Shown: piece by piece, positions 29,240-40,028 of the stretch
Layout of the letters: each line of letters begins with the position of its first letter
Numbering within the stretch: the first letter of the stretch is position 1
IMG/VR virus record: IMGVR_UViG_3300024344_002032
Location: 23,859-87,858 of that record
DNA length: 64,000 nucleotides
Direction: 5' to 3' (one strand)
Source: a virus
Notes under the pieces: generated by a model
The model's database searches: none
What the model was told of the DNA's origin: nothing
What the model saw: only the letters and a program-made list of their open reading frames with translations
Program-made: the position numbers and the translations under genes

Positions 29240-29750
29240 TTAATTTATCAGGATCTAACTCTGAATAAAATTCCTTTTGTCGTTTTTTTATAAATTCATA
29301 TTCTTTAGCTTGTGCATCAAAATCTTCTCTCAGAATACAAGGTATCAAAACTTCATTAATATCAATATGTGGATATTGTGTTAATAAAATATGTTTTACA
29401 CAAACCATACGATGAGATCCATCCCACATTTCATAATCGCCTGTATCAAATTGTGGTCTAATACATATAGGTTCTTTCATACCATGTTCAAGAATACTTC
29501 CTTCCATCATTTCATATTCCCAAGTAGCTTGTTTTTTAAAATCTTCTGGACTATACCAATTATGAATAAACATTTCAGCATCTACTGCACCAACTCTTTT
29601 AGGACTTGTATGATTGCCAGGATGTACTTTACCATCATTACCAGTCCAACGACCAGTTCTTATTACTAAATGTTTCATTTTAATATAAAGTACTTCTTCT
29701 CTAACTTCTTCAAAGATATTTTCTATTGCTAAAAATTTTAATTCTTCCAT
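29223..29750 (-). CDS. ParB/sulfiredoxin-like domain protein
   Basis: SILEHGMKEPICI...WDGSHR. Confidence 0.6.
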   Translation of the reverse strand: MEELKFLAIENIFEEVREEVLYIKMKHLVIRTGRWTGNDGKVHPGNHTSPKRVGAVDAEMFIHNWYSPEDFKKQATWEYEMMEGSILEHGMKEPICIRPQFDTGDYEMWDGSHRMVCVKHILLTQYPHIDINEVLIPCILREDFDAQAKEYEFIKKRQKEFYSELDPDKLKSCSR

Positions 29751-29761
29751 TATATATGTCC

Positions 29762-30283
29762 TTATATATGTCCTGTTAATTGTAATGAATATCTATAGTC
29801 TATTCCTATATTTGATGCAGCGTGTTCCATATCGCCTGGCCACCAAACCCAATATCCTGCTTTCCAATCTACAATTGGTTTACCATTCACTTCAAGATAG
29901 TGACCAGGTTTCCAATCTTCTAACAAAAGTAAAACTCTCTCTGATTGACGTTGCGTAAGATTAAATTTTTTTGTATATTCTTGATATAAATCTGCGTGTG
30001 TAGGTAATATAACTCCTGTTTCCATTCTGTAAAAGTTAGCGCCAATATCTTTCCAACCAAAATCTTTTTCTAGCCACTCTACTATTTTAGATGTCCAACT
30101 CGGATGTTTCTCACCATGAGGACACATAGCTCCAGTAAAAAGTTCATCGGGATGTGTGTATCCCTCTTTTCTCCATCTTTTCATATCTTGAGGATTATTA
30201 TGAACAACTTTATAATAATTTAAATCTTTATATTGTTCATCCCAAAATGGTTCAATACTTCCTAATCTAAATTTACTCATCAT
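29762..30283 (-). CDS. 2OG-Fe(II) / cupin-fold hydroxylase-like protein
   Basis: LPTHAD...EHAASN...RYSLQ; start revised to MMSKF. Confidence 0.65.
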   Translation of the reverse strand: MMSKFRLGSIEPFWDEQYKDLNYYKVVHNNPQDMKRWRKEGYTHPDELFTGAMCPHGEKHPSWTSKIVEWLEKDFGWKDIGANFYRMETGVILPTHADLYQEYTKKFNLTQRQSERVLLLLEDWKPGHYLEVNGKPIVDWKAGYWVWWPGDMEHAASNIGIDYRYSLQLTGHI

Positions 30284-30965
30284 ATAATCTCGTGTGTGTA
30301 TATTCATCAGAATCATAAATACTTCTATGTGGTGGATCGTTTTCATCATAATCACTTGAACTAATATAGTAAAAAATTCTCAATGCAGTTCTTACCTGAT
30401 TCTTAGGACAAGTTAATTGTTTTACTGAATGGTATGGTGATTCTTTTTTATTTTCAAACATTATAAATCGATTAAACATTGGTGCTACTTCATCAATCAA
30501 CTCTCCATGCCTACCAGTCCAATATTGTTGATGACCACCCCAAGTTTCTTTCCAATCTGGATTTAAAAATAAAAAACAAGTTAATTTTCTATGTAATCTT
30601 AATCTATCATTCCAATTGAAATCATGATGAATTTTTAAATCTTTACCTTTTCTAAATCTACTAAATCCTGCTCCAACTAAGTGAGGGTCTGGCATCAGTC
30701 CTACAATACCTGTAAGTTGTTCTAATTCATAAATAAATTCTCCACTATGAAATAAATCGTAAGTTATTTTATGTGCAGTTTTTGTATAAAATAAATCATT
30801 ATACTCTTCCATAGCAGAACCAGCTCTACTGAATAATGTCCATCCACCTTTTGGTGCACTTAAACATTCATCGTGTAATTCTAAACAAGTTTTTTCATCT
30901 AAGAAATTATCTACATAGATAAAGGGAACTTCAGATTCATCCCATTGTCTTTTTTTGTAAATCAC
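30273..30965 (-). CDS. 2OG-Fe(II) oxygenase
   Basis: IHHD, LNPDW...WGG, FNR, YHSV, R. Confidence 0.85.
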   Translation of the reverse strand: MIYKKRQWDESEVPFIYVDNFLDEKTCLELHDECLSAPKGGWTLFSRAGSAMEEYNDLFYTKTAHKITYDLFHSGEFIYELEQLTGIVGLMPDPHLVGAGFSRFRKGKDLKIHHDFNWNDRLRLHRKLTCFLFLNPDWKETWGGHQQYWTGRHGELIDEVAPMFNRFIMFENKKESPYHSVKQLTCPKNQVRTALRIFYYISSSDYDENDPPHRSIYDSDEYTHTRLYDE

Positions 30966-32904
30966 CTTTATTGTTCTCCATTATTGATTTATAACGACCT
31001 TCTTTTCTTCCCCACCAAAATAAATCTCTACACCATTTAATATAATCACCTTTATAATTCTTTCCAGCATTTGAATCAACTGTTAATTCATAACCACCAT
31101 TAGTTAAAGGTTTTCCTTTATTAATAACATCGTGAATATTATATGGTAACTTTAATTTATATGGATATTTTTTATCTGGATTAACTATTGCATTTTTTTG
31201 AAAATAAATTACAGTATCAAGAATAGTTTCATCTGAAATATAATTACTTTCTAAAATAAAATCTTTAATTTCTTGATAAAATAAATCTACTTTTTTCCAA
31301 ATCTTTACAATAGAACCCTCATCAAATTCCCAAGTTCTTTTATCTTCTAAATACCATCCCCAATGACGATCATTAATAAACACATCTTTTAATGCAACTT
31401 TAAACTCTTTTATCTCTTTACCTAAGACCGTATCTTGTTTATTAGAAAAATATTTATGTAATTTTTTATAAAAATCTTCAAAAGTTATATTAGAATAATT
31501 CTTTAAAAATCTAGACACAAACTGAGTTAAACCAAAGAAATGAGTTATCATTATAAACCATCTAAATTCATGTGCTTGTAACAATTCATCAAAACTCATA
31601 GTAGCTGTTTGAATCGCTATATTTTCCTCTTCACTTTCATCTATTTCAGTTTCAGTTATATGATAATACAATGCTTTAGTCTTGGTATATTTAATTTTAT
31701 ACTTATCAATATATTCTGGATCACCAAATGGTGTATTTGGTAATATACTCAATGGATAAATTCCTAAATAATTATGAAGTCCATAATTCATCAATTTAAA
31801 TATACCATCTTTAAAACTATCAAGAGTTTCTTCTGGCAAACCAACAATTAATTCTGCATATATCGGTAAATTAATTTCATTACATTTATCAATAAATTCT
31901 TTCATATCATCACCAACAATATTTTTTCTCATTACTGCTTTTAAAGTATCTGGATTAAATGATTGTAAAGCCATAGTTAATCCTTTTGCCATATTACCAT
32001 CTTTTAATTTTTGAGCAATAGGTATAAGTTTTATTCCTCTATCTTTTGCCCAATCATTTCGAAACACCATTGGAAAACCATATTTCTTTTTCAATTCAAC
32101 TAAAAGTTCTGCTATTTTATAATCTCTTTCAAAATATAATCCAAAATTAGAATCTGCATTATCAATATACTCAACTTTATTTTCTGCCATCCACATAAAT
32201 TCTTTTTGTATCTTCTGATAACTTTGTGGTTTTATTTTTTGAAAATATAAATCCCCAATCTCACAATAAGTACATCTATAAGGACAACCTCTAACAGATT
32301 CTACTGTAGCAGTGAAAACATATTTATCTTTCCACTTATCAACAAATCTATCCATCAATCCATTTAGATATGGACTTGGCATAGAATCAATATCTGCAAT
32401 TCTTTGTTGAGTTGGATTTGTTTTAAATTTATCATCTTTAAGTTTGTATGTAATACCATTTACTTTTGACCAATCTTTATCTTTTAAATTTTCTAATAAA
32501 ATTTGTTCAAAAGTTAATTCTCCCTCACCATGAACTAAAATATCAACATACGGATGTTCTTTAAAAAAATCTTGTTCATGTTTTAATCTATCTGCTGATG
32601 GTTGATGTTGTCCACCATAAATAATAATACAATCTGGATATTTTTCTTTTACTTTTGTTGCAACTTCATTATTAAATGCCCAATTCCAAACAAAACAAGA
32701 AAATCCAATTACTGATGGATTGTCAATATCATCAACAAATTTATCTATCTCATCACGAACAAATAAAATATCAGTAAGATTATAATTCTTTTCTATAGTT
32801 TTATTTGTTTGACAATGAGACCAAAGCAAACCTGTAGAGTATGGTAAACGAACTTGTCTACCATCAAAAACATATGATGCTTCAATTAGATATAAGTTTT
32901 TAAT
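30937..32904 (-). CDS. B12-binding radical SAM protein with non-canonical ATT start
   Basis: LPYSTG, GFSCFVWN, GEGE, RGCPYRCTYC, DSNFG, GLPEET. The frame extends 25 codons beyond the track TTG to an ATT 6 nt after GGAG. Confidence 0.85.
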   Translation of the reverse strand: MKNLYLIEASYVFDGRQVRLPYSTGLLWSHCQTNKTIEKNYNLTDILFVRDEIDKFVDDIDNPSVIGFSCFVWNWAFNNEVATKVKEKYPDCIIIYGGQHQPSADRLKHEQDFFKEHPYVDILVHGEGELTFEQILLENLKDKDWSKVNGITYKLKDDKFKTNPTQQRIADIDSMPSPYLNGLMDRFVDKWKDKYVFTATVESVRGCPYRCTYCEIGDLYFQKIKPQSYQKIQKEFMWMAENKVEYIDNADSNFGLYFERDYKIAELLVELKKKYGFPMVFRNDWAKDRGIKLIPIAQKLKDGNMAKGLTMALQSFNPDTLKAVMRKNIVGDDMKEFIDKCNEINLPIYAELIVGLPEETLDSFKDGIFKLMNYGLHNYLGIYPLSILPNTPFGDPEYIDKYKIKYTKTKALYYHITETEIDESEEENIAIQTATMSFDELLQAHEFRWFIMITHFFGLTQFVSRFLKNYSNITFEDFYKKLHKYFSNKQDTVLGKEIKEFKVALKDVFINDRHWGWYLEDKRTWEFDEGSIVKIWKKVDLFYQEIKDFILESNYISDETILDTVIYFQKNAIVNPDKKYPYKLKLPYNIHDVINKGKPLTNGGYELTVDSNAGKNYKGDYIKWCRDLFWWGRKEGRYKSIMENNKGDLQKKTMG

Positions 32905-34159
32905 TATTGTCTCCTATACGTATTACTTTACATCCCTCTTTATCTGGAATGTATCTCCATGGATCAATAATTATCGACTCATCATCAAAAGGGAAGTTTA
33001 CAAAGTCCTCATGCTTAGTTCCGATAAAATAACATTGAGGAAGTCCATCATACTCTGACATATCTTGCCAATCACCAAAAGGTTCATCTATATAAGGATC
33101 ATACATAGTTGCAGACAAACCTCTTTCTTTTAAAATATTAGATAATAATATTGACGGGCTTCCTGTAGTAATATTAGTTTGTGGTTTAAATGATTTACCA
33201 AGTATTGTTATAGGTAATCCATTTGATTCCTTTTCAATCATATCAGCTAACCACTCTGTCTGAACTTCTCTCTGTTTCATTATATTATCAAACCAATTAA
33301 ACCTCAATCCAAGTTCATCACTCAACCAACTCAATGCTATGTTATCTCTTGGATGACAACCACCACCATCTCCCATACCACCACTTAGATACTTGTCTGA
33401 GATAATACGTTTGTTACACATCTTTAGTGCATTCATTACTTCATCTACATTTGTATTTGGTAGATGATGACACATCTCCATAAGTGTATTTACATATGCT
33501 ATCTTAGTTCCTATAAAAGTATTATAAGCAACCTTAATTAATTCTGCGTTCTCAATAGTTGTTTCGTAGAATGGTGCATGATTAATTGTTCTGTAAAACT
33601 TCTTTGCTTTTTTTGCAGCTTCTTCATCATCTACACCAAACAAAATAATCTCTGGTCTAAGAAAGTCTTCCATTGTAGTTCCCATAGCAATAAAGAATGG
33701 ATTATAACATAGTTTAGTATACTCACTTAATAAAGGTTTTATATCTCTTCGTATTGTGCCAGGAAGAACTGTAGATATAACAATTACAGTCATTTCTTTT
33801 TTCTGTTGAAACAACTCATAGTCAAGTTCAGTTAAACCATCAATCAAATAACTATAATCAAAATCTTCTCTTTCATCAGGTATTCTTGTTGTTCCCTCAA
33901 ACTTCTCACCATGTGGTGTCTGTATAGGAACAAATATAATATCTGAATGTTCTACTAATTCTTTTACACTCTTGATTTCTATATTACTTTTATCTAAATA
34001 ATCTTGAGCCCATATTTCTTTATATGGAAGTTTCTTAGTGTCAAGTATTTTCTTAACACTTGGTGAAGGATCGTAACCTATAACTTTATGACCTCTTATT
34101 TCTACTGCTAAAGCACAAGGTAATCCTAATTTTCCTAAACCCATAAATCCTACGTTCAT
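32900..34159 (-). CDS. ugd: UDP-glucose/GDP-mannose 6-dehydrogenase family
   Basis: GLGKLG, STVLPG, YNP, AELIK-x3-N, GGGCHPRD, FKP. Confidence 0.92.
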   Translation of the reverse strand: MNVGFMGLGKLGLPCALAVEIRGHKVIGYDPSPSVKKILDTKKLPYKEIWAQDYLDKSNIEIKSVKELVEHSDIIFVPIQTPHGEKFEGTTRIPDEREDFDYSYLIDGLTELDYELFQQKKEMTVIVISTVLPGTIRRDIKPLLSEYTKLCYNPFFIAMGTTMEDFLRPEIILFGVDDEEAAKKAKKFYRTINHAPFYETTIENAELIKVAYNTFIGTKIAYVNTLMEMCHHLPNTNVDEVMNALKMCNKRIISDKYLSGGMGDGGGCHPRDNIALSWLSDELGLRFNWFDNIMKQREVQTEWLADMIEKESNGLPITILGKSFKPQTNITTGSPSILLSNILKERGLSATMYDPYIDEPFGDWQDMSEYDGLPQCYFIGTKHEDFVNFPFDDESIIIDPWRYIPDKEGCKVIRIGDNN

Positions 34160-35259
34160 TTTGATATCTCCGTTAAATCTTTTATAAATTCTCTTTCAAA
34201 AATTAAGTCAAAATCTAAAAAATTATTTTTATTATGTATTAATTTATCTTCTACACTTTTATATAATTCAGATAAATATTCATTACTCATATTACACAAT
34301 CTTTTAATTTCTTTTTGTACAAATCTAAATCTTACATCATTATCTTCTATCTCATCATATGATTCATCAAACCATTCTGGAAAAGTTTCGAATCCATATT
34401 TTTTTAATAATTTTAAATAACCAATACCCACATCACTAAATACTATAAATGGATGATAATAAAACAATGGTTTATTTATTTTCTCTGAAAGCATCGTTCC
34501 ACTATTAGTTTCAGCAACTATAGAAAAATAACAATCTTGATGATACTCCACTAAATTATCAGTTAAAAGATTTGACTCACCATTTAAAATTCTTTTTTTA
34601 TCATCTTTGTGAGACCAGCTATTTGGTAAAATAACATCTTTATCTAAATAAGAAATGTGTCCTTGTTCTTTTACAAAATTATTCTCTTGATAAAAATTCC
34701 ACATTTCATCTCTCGATGTAGTCTTTCTACCCATCAAACATATAAATTTTTTACTAAGTTCTTCATTTTCTCTTACATATGTATCTGTACATTCATGTGT
34801 GTGTAATTCTCTATTAGCGCATGTACATTCTTTACTTGACCACCCTTTTTTAGGTCCTCTCATAGTTAACATTCTAAGTAGATAAGATTGAAAATATATT
34901 ACATTTATTTTTTCTTTAATACCCATTGTTTTACACCAATCAGAATAATGTTTTTCAACATGATAATCATTAGTAATAAATAAAATATCTTGTGGTGGTA
35001 TCTTCGCTTCTTTAAGAACTTTATGTAAATTTATATGTAATTTACAATCCATCCAATGTGCTTCTGTATCTTCGATTATTACAACGAATCTTTTATTTTG
35101 TTCTTTCATCTCTTTATATTTTTCAATAAATAAATCAACATATAAGCTATCAGCAATATCTAGTTCAAATCTATTTTTATCTGGATACACAACACAATTA
35201 TCAAGTAAATATTTCCAAGAATTTGAAGTCATTGATTTTCCATAATCTTCAAACATCAT
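34156..35259 (-). CDS. Putative glycosyltransferase, paralog family A
   Basis: C-terminal ET...SEK-x2-K...HPF...GFETF...DESYD block shared by five ORFs. Confidence 0.5.
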   Translation of the reverse strand: MMFEDYGKSMTSNSWKYLLDNCVVYPDKNRFELDIADSLYVDLFIEKYKEMKEQNKRFVVIIEDTEAHWMDCKLHINLHKVLKEAKIPPQDILFITNDYHVEKHYSDWCKTMGIKEKINVIYFQSYLLRMLTMRGPKKGWSSKECTCANRELHTHECTDTYVRENEELSKKFICLMGRKTTSRDEMWNFYQENNFVKEQGHISYLDKDVILPNSWSHKDDKKRILNGESNLLTDNLVEYHQDCYFSIVAETNSGTMLSEKINKPLFYYHPFIVFSDVGIGYLKLLKKYGFETFPEWFDESYDEIEDNDVRFRFVQKEIKRLCNMSNEYLSELYKSVEDKLIHNKNNFLDFDLIFEREFIKDLTEISK

Positions 35260-36316
35260 AAATCCTTTTAATTTTATCTGTAAATTGTTTTATTATTTCC
35301 TCACAGCTGAATAATACCTTTTGATTGTGAATACATTTTTCTTCAACCGATTCACAAATCTTGTGAAGTTCCTCTTGATTCATAGTACCAACTCTTAGTA
35401 TTTCCTTTTTAATAAAAGCATCTCTTTTATCCATATCTTCTATCTCATCGTAAGACTCATCAAATAATTCTGGAAATGTTTCAAACCCATAATCTCTTAA
35501 TTGTTTTAATGCACCAACAGAACACATCATAATAAATGGGTGTCCATGAGCTAATACCTTTGTTGTTTTTTCTGTTAAAAATAATGAATTAGGTGCAACA
35601 GTCCATTTGTTAGATTCTGGTATAAATGAAAAATAGGAACGATTAAAATAATATCCTAAATTATCTGTTTTTGCTGTAGAATTTCTTTGAGTAATATTTT
35701 TTATTATTCCACTATCTTCTAATACTATTGGATCCTTCCATTCATTGTTTCCAATATAACTAATATAATTACTATCCCATAAATTATTATCATTAAAAAA
35801 TTTCTGTAAAGAGTTTCTATGTCGTGAATAGATTCCCATAAGACACATAAAATTTCTGTTAGGGTGTATAGGTCTATCTTTATATTTTATTATTTCATGA
35901 ATATTAGTTAATTTATATTCAAGTGCTCTATGTTGAAATAAACTTGGATGTCCTATTACATTCATTTTATATTTTATATTTTTTTGTTCACACCATTTAT
36001 TATATAATGTTTCAAAGTTACAATCTTCCGTCATCAAAATAACTTTTTTTGCATTTATATTTTCTAATAAAAAATTATGTAATTTTGTAAATGAATCTTC
36101 ACCACTACGATTAAAAATATCACACTCCCAATATTCATTTAAATCTATTAATATAAATGATTTATCCAAACTATCCATTTTATTAATAGCTTCAAGTAAT
36201 TCTTTTTCTTTTACTGGATTATCTTCTAATTCATAATTAAAAGGTCTTTCATCAAAAATAAAAATTTTATCAGTAATCAGTTTTTGTATATTAGAATTAA
36301 AATTATCCAAGTACAT
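35249..36316 (-). CDS. Putative glycosyltransferase, paralog family A
   Basis: ES...LTEKTTK...HPF...GFETFPELFDESYD. Confidence 0.5.
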   Translation of the reverse strand: MYLDNFNSNIQKLITDKIFIFDERPFNYELEDNPVKEKELLEAINKMDSLDKSFILIDLNEYWECDIFNRSGEDSFTKLHNFLLENINAKKVILMTEDCNFETLYNKWCEQKNIKYKMNVIGHPSLFQHRALEYKLTNIHEIIKYKDRPIHPNRNFMCLMGIYSRHRNSLQKFFNDNNLWDSNYISYIGNNEWKDPIVLEDSGIIKNITQRNSTAKTDNLGYYFNRSYFSFIPESNKWTVAPNSLFLTEKTTKVLAHGHPFIMMCSVGALKQLRDYGFETFPELFDESYDEIEDMDKRDAFIKKEILRVGTMNQEELHKICESVEEKCIHNQKVLFSCEEIIKQFTDKIKRIYDV

Positions 36317-37139
36317 ATTTTTTACCTTTTAAATCTTTACCTATCATCTCTATAATGTATTTAGAAAATTTACTCAATCGAAAACCTTTTTTAAAACAAA
36401 ATGATCCTACATTCAAATTAAATTGTTTATAATAAAATTTACACAACTCTTCACCTAACGATTTAGTAAATTGATATTCATCTACATATATATCATCCTT
36501 TGGCATACAACTAATATAAAATATCTGAGCATATTTGGAATTTTCCCATTTATGTCCTATAAATTCTGTAATTCTTTCGTTATTTCTCCTATCTATATCT
36601 TCTTTATGTTGACCATGAATAGCAAATTCAAGCATATTTTTAGTACTAATAACATTAGCATCAAGTGAATCCATAGGAAACGAAATACCAGTATGTTGAT
36701 ATTCTTTAAAATGATCAACATTTTTAGCTACATCAAGTACATGAGTTAATCCTGCACAATGAATTATTATATCTGGATTTCCAATTTGATAACCATTTGT
36801 ATGATAGTTTTCTGGCTGACCAAGATCACAATCTAATAAATTATCAAAAACTCTACCAGTTCTTCGTCTTACTTTCATACTACCATCTTTATCTTTATGA
36901 TCTGGTCTTCTGTATGGTTTGGCTATATCACAAACTAAATACCTAACACCTAACATTTTTTTTGAATCATCTATTTTTTTACTAGTAGAATAATTGTCAA
37001 GAGAAATAATGTTAAGTTTAACATCTTTCTTTCCATCATATTCATAGTCTGCTTGAAAATTGAGTAATTCTCTAATCACACTTCTCCCAATAACACCTCC
37101 TCCGCCAGTTACTAATACTCTTAAAGAACTATCCTTCAT
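36303..37139 (-). CDS. Divergent, C-terminally short NAD-dependent epimerase (SDR)
   Basis: LVTGGGGVIG, IIHCAG and YQFTK, with insertions. Confidence 0.6.
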   Translation of the reverse strand: MKDSSLRVLVTGGGGVIGRSVIRELLNFQADYEYDGKKDVKLNIISLDNYSTSKKIDDSKKMLGVRYLVCDIAKPYRRPDHKDKDGSMKVRRRTGRVFDNLLDCDLGQPENYHTNGYQIGNPDIIIHCAGLTHVLDVAKNVDHFKEYQHTGISFPMDSLDANVISTKNMLEFAIHGQHKEDIDRRNNERITEFIGHKWENSKYAQIFYISCMPKDDIYVDEYQFTKSLGEELCKFYYKQFNLNVGSFCFKKGFRLSKFSKYIIEMIGKDLKGKKYVLG

Positions 37140-38055
37140 TTGAATACCACTCTATAGTTTCTGTAATTCCATCTTCTAGTGTATAGTTTGGTTTAAACCC
37201 AACCGACTCTGCTCTACTTGTATCCATTTGTCGTCTCATATCACCATTTGGTTTTGTTGTATCATAATCTATTTCTTGTTCAAAATAATTTGCGATTATC
37301 TCTGCAATATCTGAAATTCTTACCTCTTTACCACTACCAAGATTTACTGGTACATTTATTTTATTTTCAACCATGTGTAACATACCACGAGCTACATCTT
37401 TAGAATAAATAAAATCTCTTATAGGTGAACCATCACCCCATACCTCTAATATATCATTGTTGTCGTGATATGCTTTTTTAATTAATGAAGCTATAACAGT
37501 AGATTCATCTCCAAAATTATCGTGAGGTCCATATATGTTAGCAGGTCTAACTATAGATATATTATCATATCCATATGTAGCTCTAATAGCATAACAACTT
37601 AACTCACCCATCCGTTTTATATAAGCTGGAACTTTATCATTCTCACTTGGAACTTTATTCCATACATCATCTTCTTTATAATATTCACTTGGTGGATAAA
37701 CTCCGATTGAACTTGTGTATAAAAACCAATCTGGTTTCCATTGTCCAACTGCCTGTATAACATTAGTATCAAACTGTACCATTGGTAAATAATCTGCAGG
37801 TTTTTCTTTTGCTCTAAGTGGTGAACCTTTAATTCCTGCTAAATGATAAACATGATCATAATCTGCAATTATACTTGTATTGGTTTTAAATGTCATATCA
37901 CAAGGTTCATAATCAACATTATCTGGCAAATCTTGTGGTATCTTAAAACCAACATCTGCAACACAAACCTCATCGTAAACCTTAGAACACAACTCTGTAA
38001 GTTGTCTTCCAACCATTCCTCTTCCACCTATTATGAGTGCAGTTTTATTTATCAT
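37129..38055 (-). CDS. NDP-sugar epimerase/reductase (GDP-fucose synthase-like SDR)
   Basis: IGGRGMVG, HLAG, RPANIYGPHD, WGDGSPIRDF; PAYIK at the YxxxK position; start revised. Confidence 0.85.
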   Translation of the reverse strand: MINKTALIIGGRGMVGRQLTELCSKVYDEVCVADVGFKIPQDLPDNVDYEPCDMTFKTNTSIIADYDHVYHLAGIKGSPLRAKEKPADYLPMVQFDTNVIQAVGQWKPDWFLYTSSIGVYPPSEYYKEDDVWNKVPSENDKVPAYIKRMGELSCYAIRATYGYDNISIVRPANIYGPHDNFGDESTVIASLIKKAYHDNNDILEVWGDGSPIRDFIYSKDVARGMLHMVENKINVPVNLGSGKEVRISDIAEIIANYFEQEIDYDTTKPNGDMRRQMDTSRAESVGFKPNYTLEDGITETIEWYSNEG

Positions 38056-38575
38056 TATAATAGTCTCCATACTCTATCAATAAAGTTGACCTATCAGCAT
38101 TATATGCATTTTCAAATTCTCTAAATATATCATCTGGCTCTTCTAATAACACTACGTCTACTTCATGTAACATTGATTTAAAACTCATAGTATAATCTTG
38201 TGTATGTTGAACACCACCATTAAGTGGATTCTTAGAACCAATTGAAGTTCTCATAATAACTTTAGGTTTAAATGTACCCTCTGTCATATGTTGCATTTTA
38301 TCTAAGTGGTTTACCAAACTATCCATACACCTTAACATAAAATCAAATCGTGGAAAACAACAAATAGGAACTAAACCATTCATAGCCATTCCTGTACACA
38401 TACCCATTTGAACTTCTTCAAATACTGGTACTTCAATCCTTTTATCAATATCTATTGTTTTTAAAGTATTGTATATTGCATTACCACTATAAGCAACTGA
38501 TTGTCCGATAAAAGTTGTATCTTCTTTTTTAGCCAACCACTCCATACTTCTTATTAGTTCATCTTTATACTTCAT
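38045..38575 (-). CDS. TPP enzyme E1-beta / transketolase pyrimidine-binding domain only
   Basis: EVPVFEEVQMGMCTGMAMNG and GVQH motifs; start revised to MKYKD. Confidence 0.8.
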   Translation of the reverse strand: MKYKDELIRSMEWLAKKEDTTFIGQSVAYSGNAIYNTLKTIDIDKRIEVPVFEEVQMGMCTGMAMNGLVPICCFPRFDFMLRCMDSLVNHLDKMQHMTEGTFKPKVIMRTSIGSKNPLNGGVQHTQDYTMSFKSMLHEVDVVLLEEPDDIFREFENAYNADRSTLLIEYGDYYNDK

Positions 38576-39159
38576 TAGAATAACACCCAATTTCCTGTTC
38601 CATGATGTGGGTAATCACTTTTATATTCATAGTGATATACATCTGCTGGTACTGTTTGCTTTCCACCCCAAGTTTCATCAACTGGAGTATTAGTGGAAAG
38701 ATTATTATCTTCAATTACAAACTCTAAAGGTAAGTTAAAGTTTCTGGCATATTTATATGTCTCATAAAACAATCCTGTTTCAAAAGTCATATCACCCACA
38801 AAACACCAAACCTTATTCTCCTCACCTTTCATTTTAATTGACATAGCAGTTCCAAGAGCTATCGGTAATATTCCACCAACAATAGATGATGAATAGAATT
38901 TTGGTTTATCTGAATATACACTCATACTCTTACCACGAACAATCATATCCATAAGTGTATCTCTTGGAATACCATGCAGTAATGCATGATAATGATTTCT
39001 CCAACTACAAAATACCCAATCATCTTTATCAATGTTTTTAAATATTTCAATTAATGGTTCTTCATTATTAGAACTTAAATGAACTGGTGCTTTAATCTCA
39101 CCAGCTTCATATCTCTCTTTAACTTCTGTTTCAAAGTCTATTAAATATTGTTTATCCAT
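38575..39159 (-). CDS. TPP enzyme E1-alpha-like subunit (short)
   Basis: HLS, R-x-H, SIVG and TPP-binding GD...EDNN motifs. Confidence 0.85.
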   Translation of the reverse strand: MDKQYLIDFETEVKERYEAGEIKAPVHLSSNNEEPLIEIFKNIDKDDWVFCSWRNHYHALLHGIPRDTLMDMIVRGKSMSVYSDKPKFYSSSIVGGILPIALGTAMSIKMKGEENKVWCFVGDMTFETGLFYETYKYARNFNLPLEFVIEDNNLSTNTPVDETWGGKQTVPADVYHYEYKSDYPHHGTGNWVLF

Positions 39160-40028
39160 TTTGACACTACCTCTTTTGCAAATTTGTTATGTGCTATATT
39201 AGATGGATGTTCATCTACTGCTGATCCATCTCTATTTTTTCTATCTCCTGTAATATATCTTTCTTCAAATGGTAGATTATCTACACTCCATTCTGTTATA
39301 CCACCTAATTTTTTGTGAAACCAAAAATTATCCCAATCTATCATTTTCCACAGGTGTCTTATTTCGATAGGATATCTTGGTATCTTTGGTAATTGATAAA
39401 ATATATTCCAACCACCAAACATTTTGTATTTAATATCTTTAGATTTAAAATACCATTGTAGTCTTAAAATATGTTCTAAAGTTTTTGTTACAGAAAATAC
39501 TTCATTACTATAATATTTGTAATGATACTTTGACATCGATTCTTTAGCATAACTATGCTTTAACCACATCATATTTTTATTAATTCTTGTAACTGCTTCC
39601 CAATTTATATTACCCTCACCCGTACCTCCGCCATCTAATGCTGGTATAAAGTGTGTAAGTAAATTTTTATCTGTTTTACTACTAGCGTCAATTATATCTA
39701 CTAAAAATTCTTCTCTTTCAGGTGCAGTTAATTGAACACAAACATAATCAACTTTTAAATTTAATTCTAATAATTGTTCTACTTTATAAATTACTGCTCT
39801 TGATATGTAACCATTACCTGCTCCTGGTAAAGCAGTATTATATACTTTAGATTTTGGAATGATATCTTCTAAATGTAATGCCCAACTTTTATAACCACTC
39901 TCAGGTTGATAATCATCAAGATTATCCTGCATACCATGAGAAGCATAATCTATACAATTTCTTGTTTCAGTAAAACTACATCCAGCTGTAACTATATTTT
40001 TCTTAACTCCTTTATATCTGATACTCAT
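39141..40028 (-). CDS. SGNH-like hydrolase / acyltransferase candidate
   Basis: AGCSFTE, N-x-A-x2-GAGN and C-terminal DEHP. Confidence 0.55.
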   Translation of the reverse strand: MSIRYKGVKKNIVTAGCSFTETRNCIDYASHGMQDNLDDYQPESGYKSWALHLEDIIPKSKVYNTALPGAGNGYISRAVIYKVEQLLELNLKVDYVCVQLTAPEREEFLVDIIDASSKTDKNLLTHFIPALDGGGTGEGNINWEAVTRINKNMMWLKHSYAKESMSKYHYKYYSNEVFSVTKTLEHILRLQWYFKSKDIKYKMFGGWNIFYQLPKIPRYPIEIRHLWKMIDWDNFWFHKKLGGITEWSVDNLPFEERYITGDRKNRDGSAVDEHPSNIAHNKFAKEVVSKWINNI

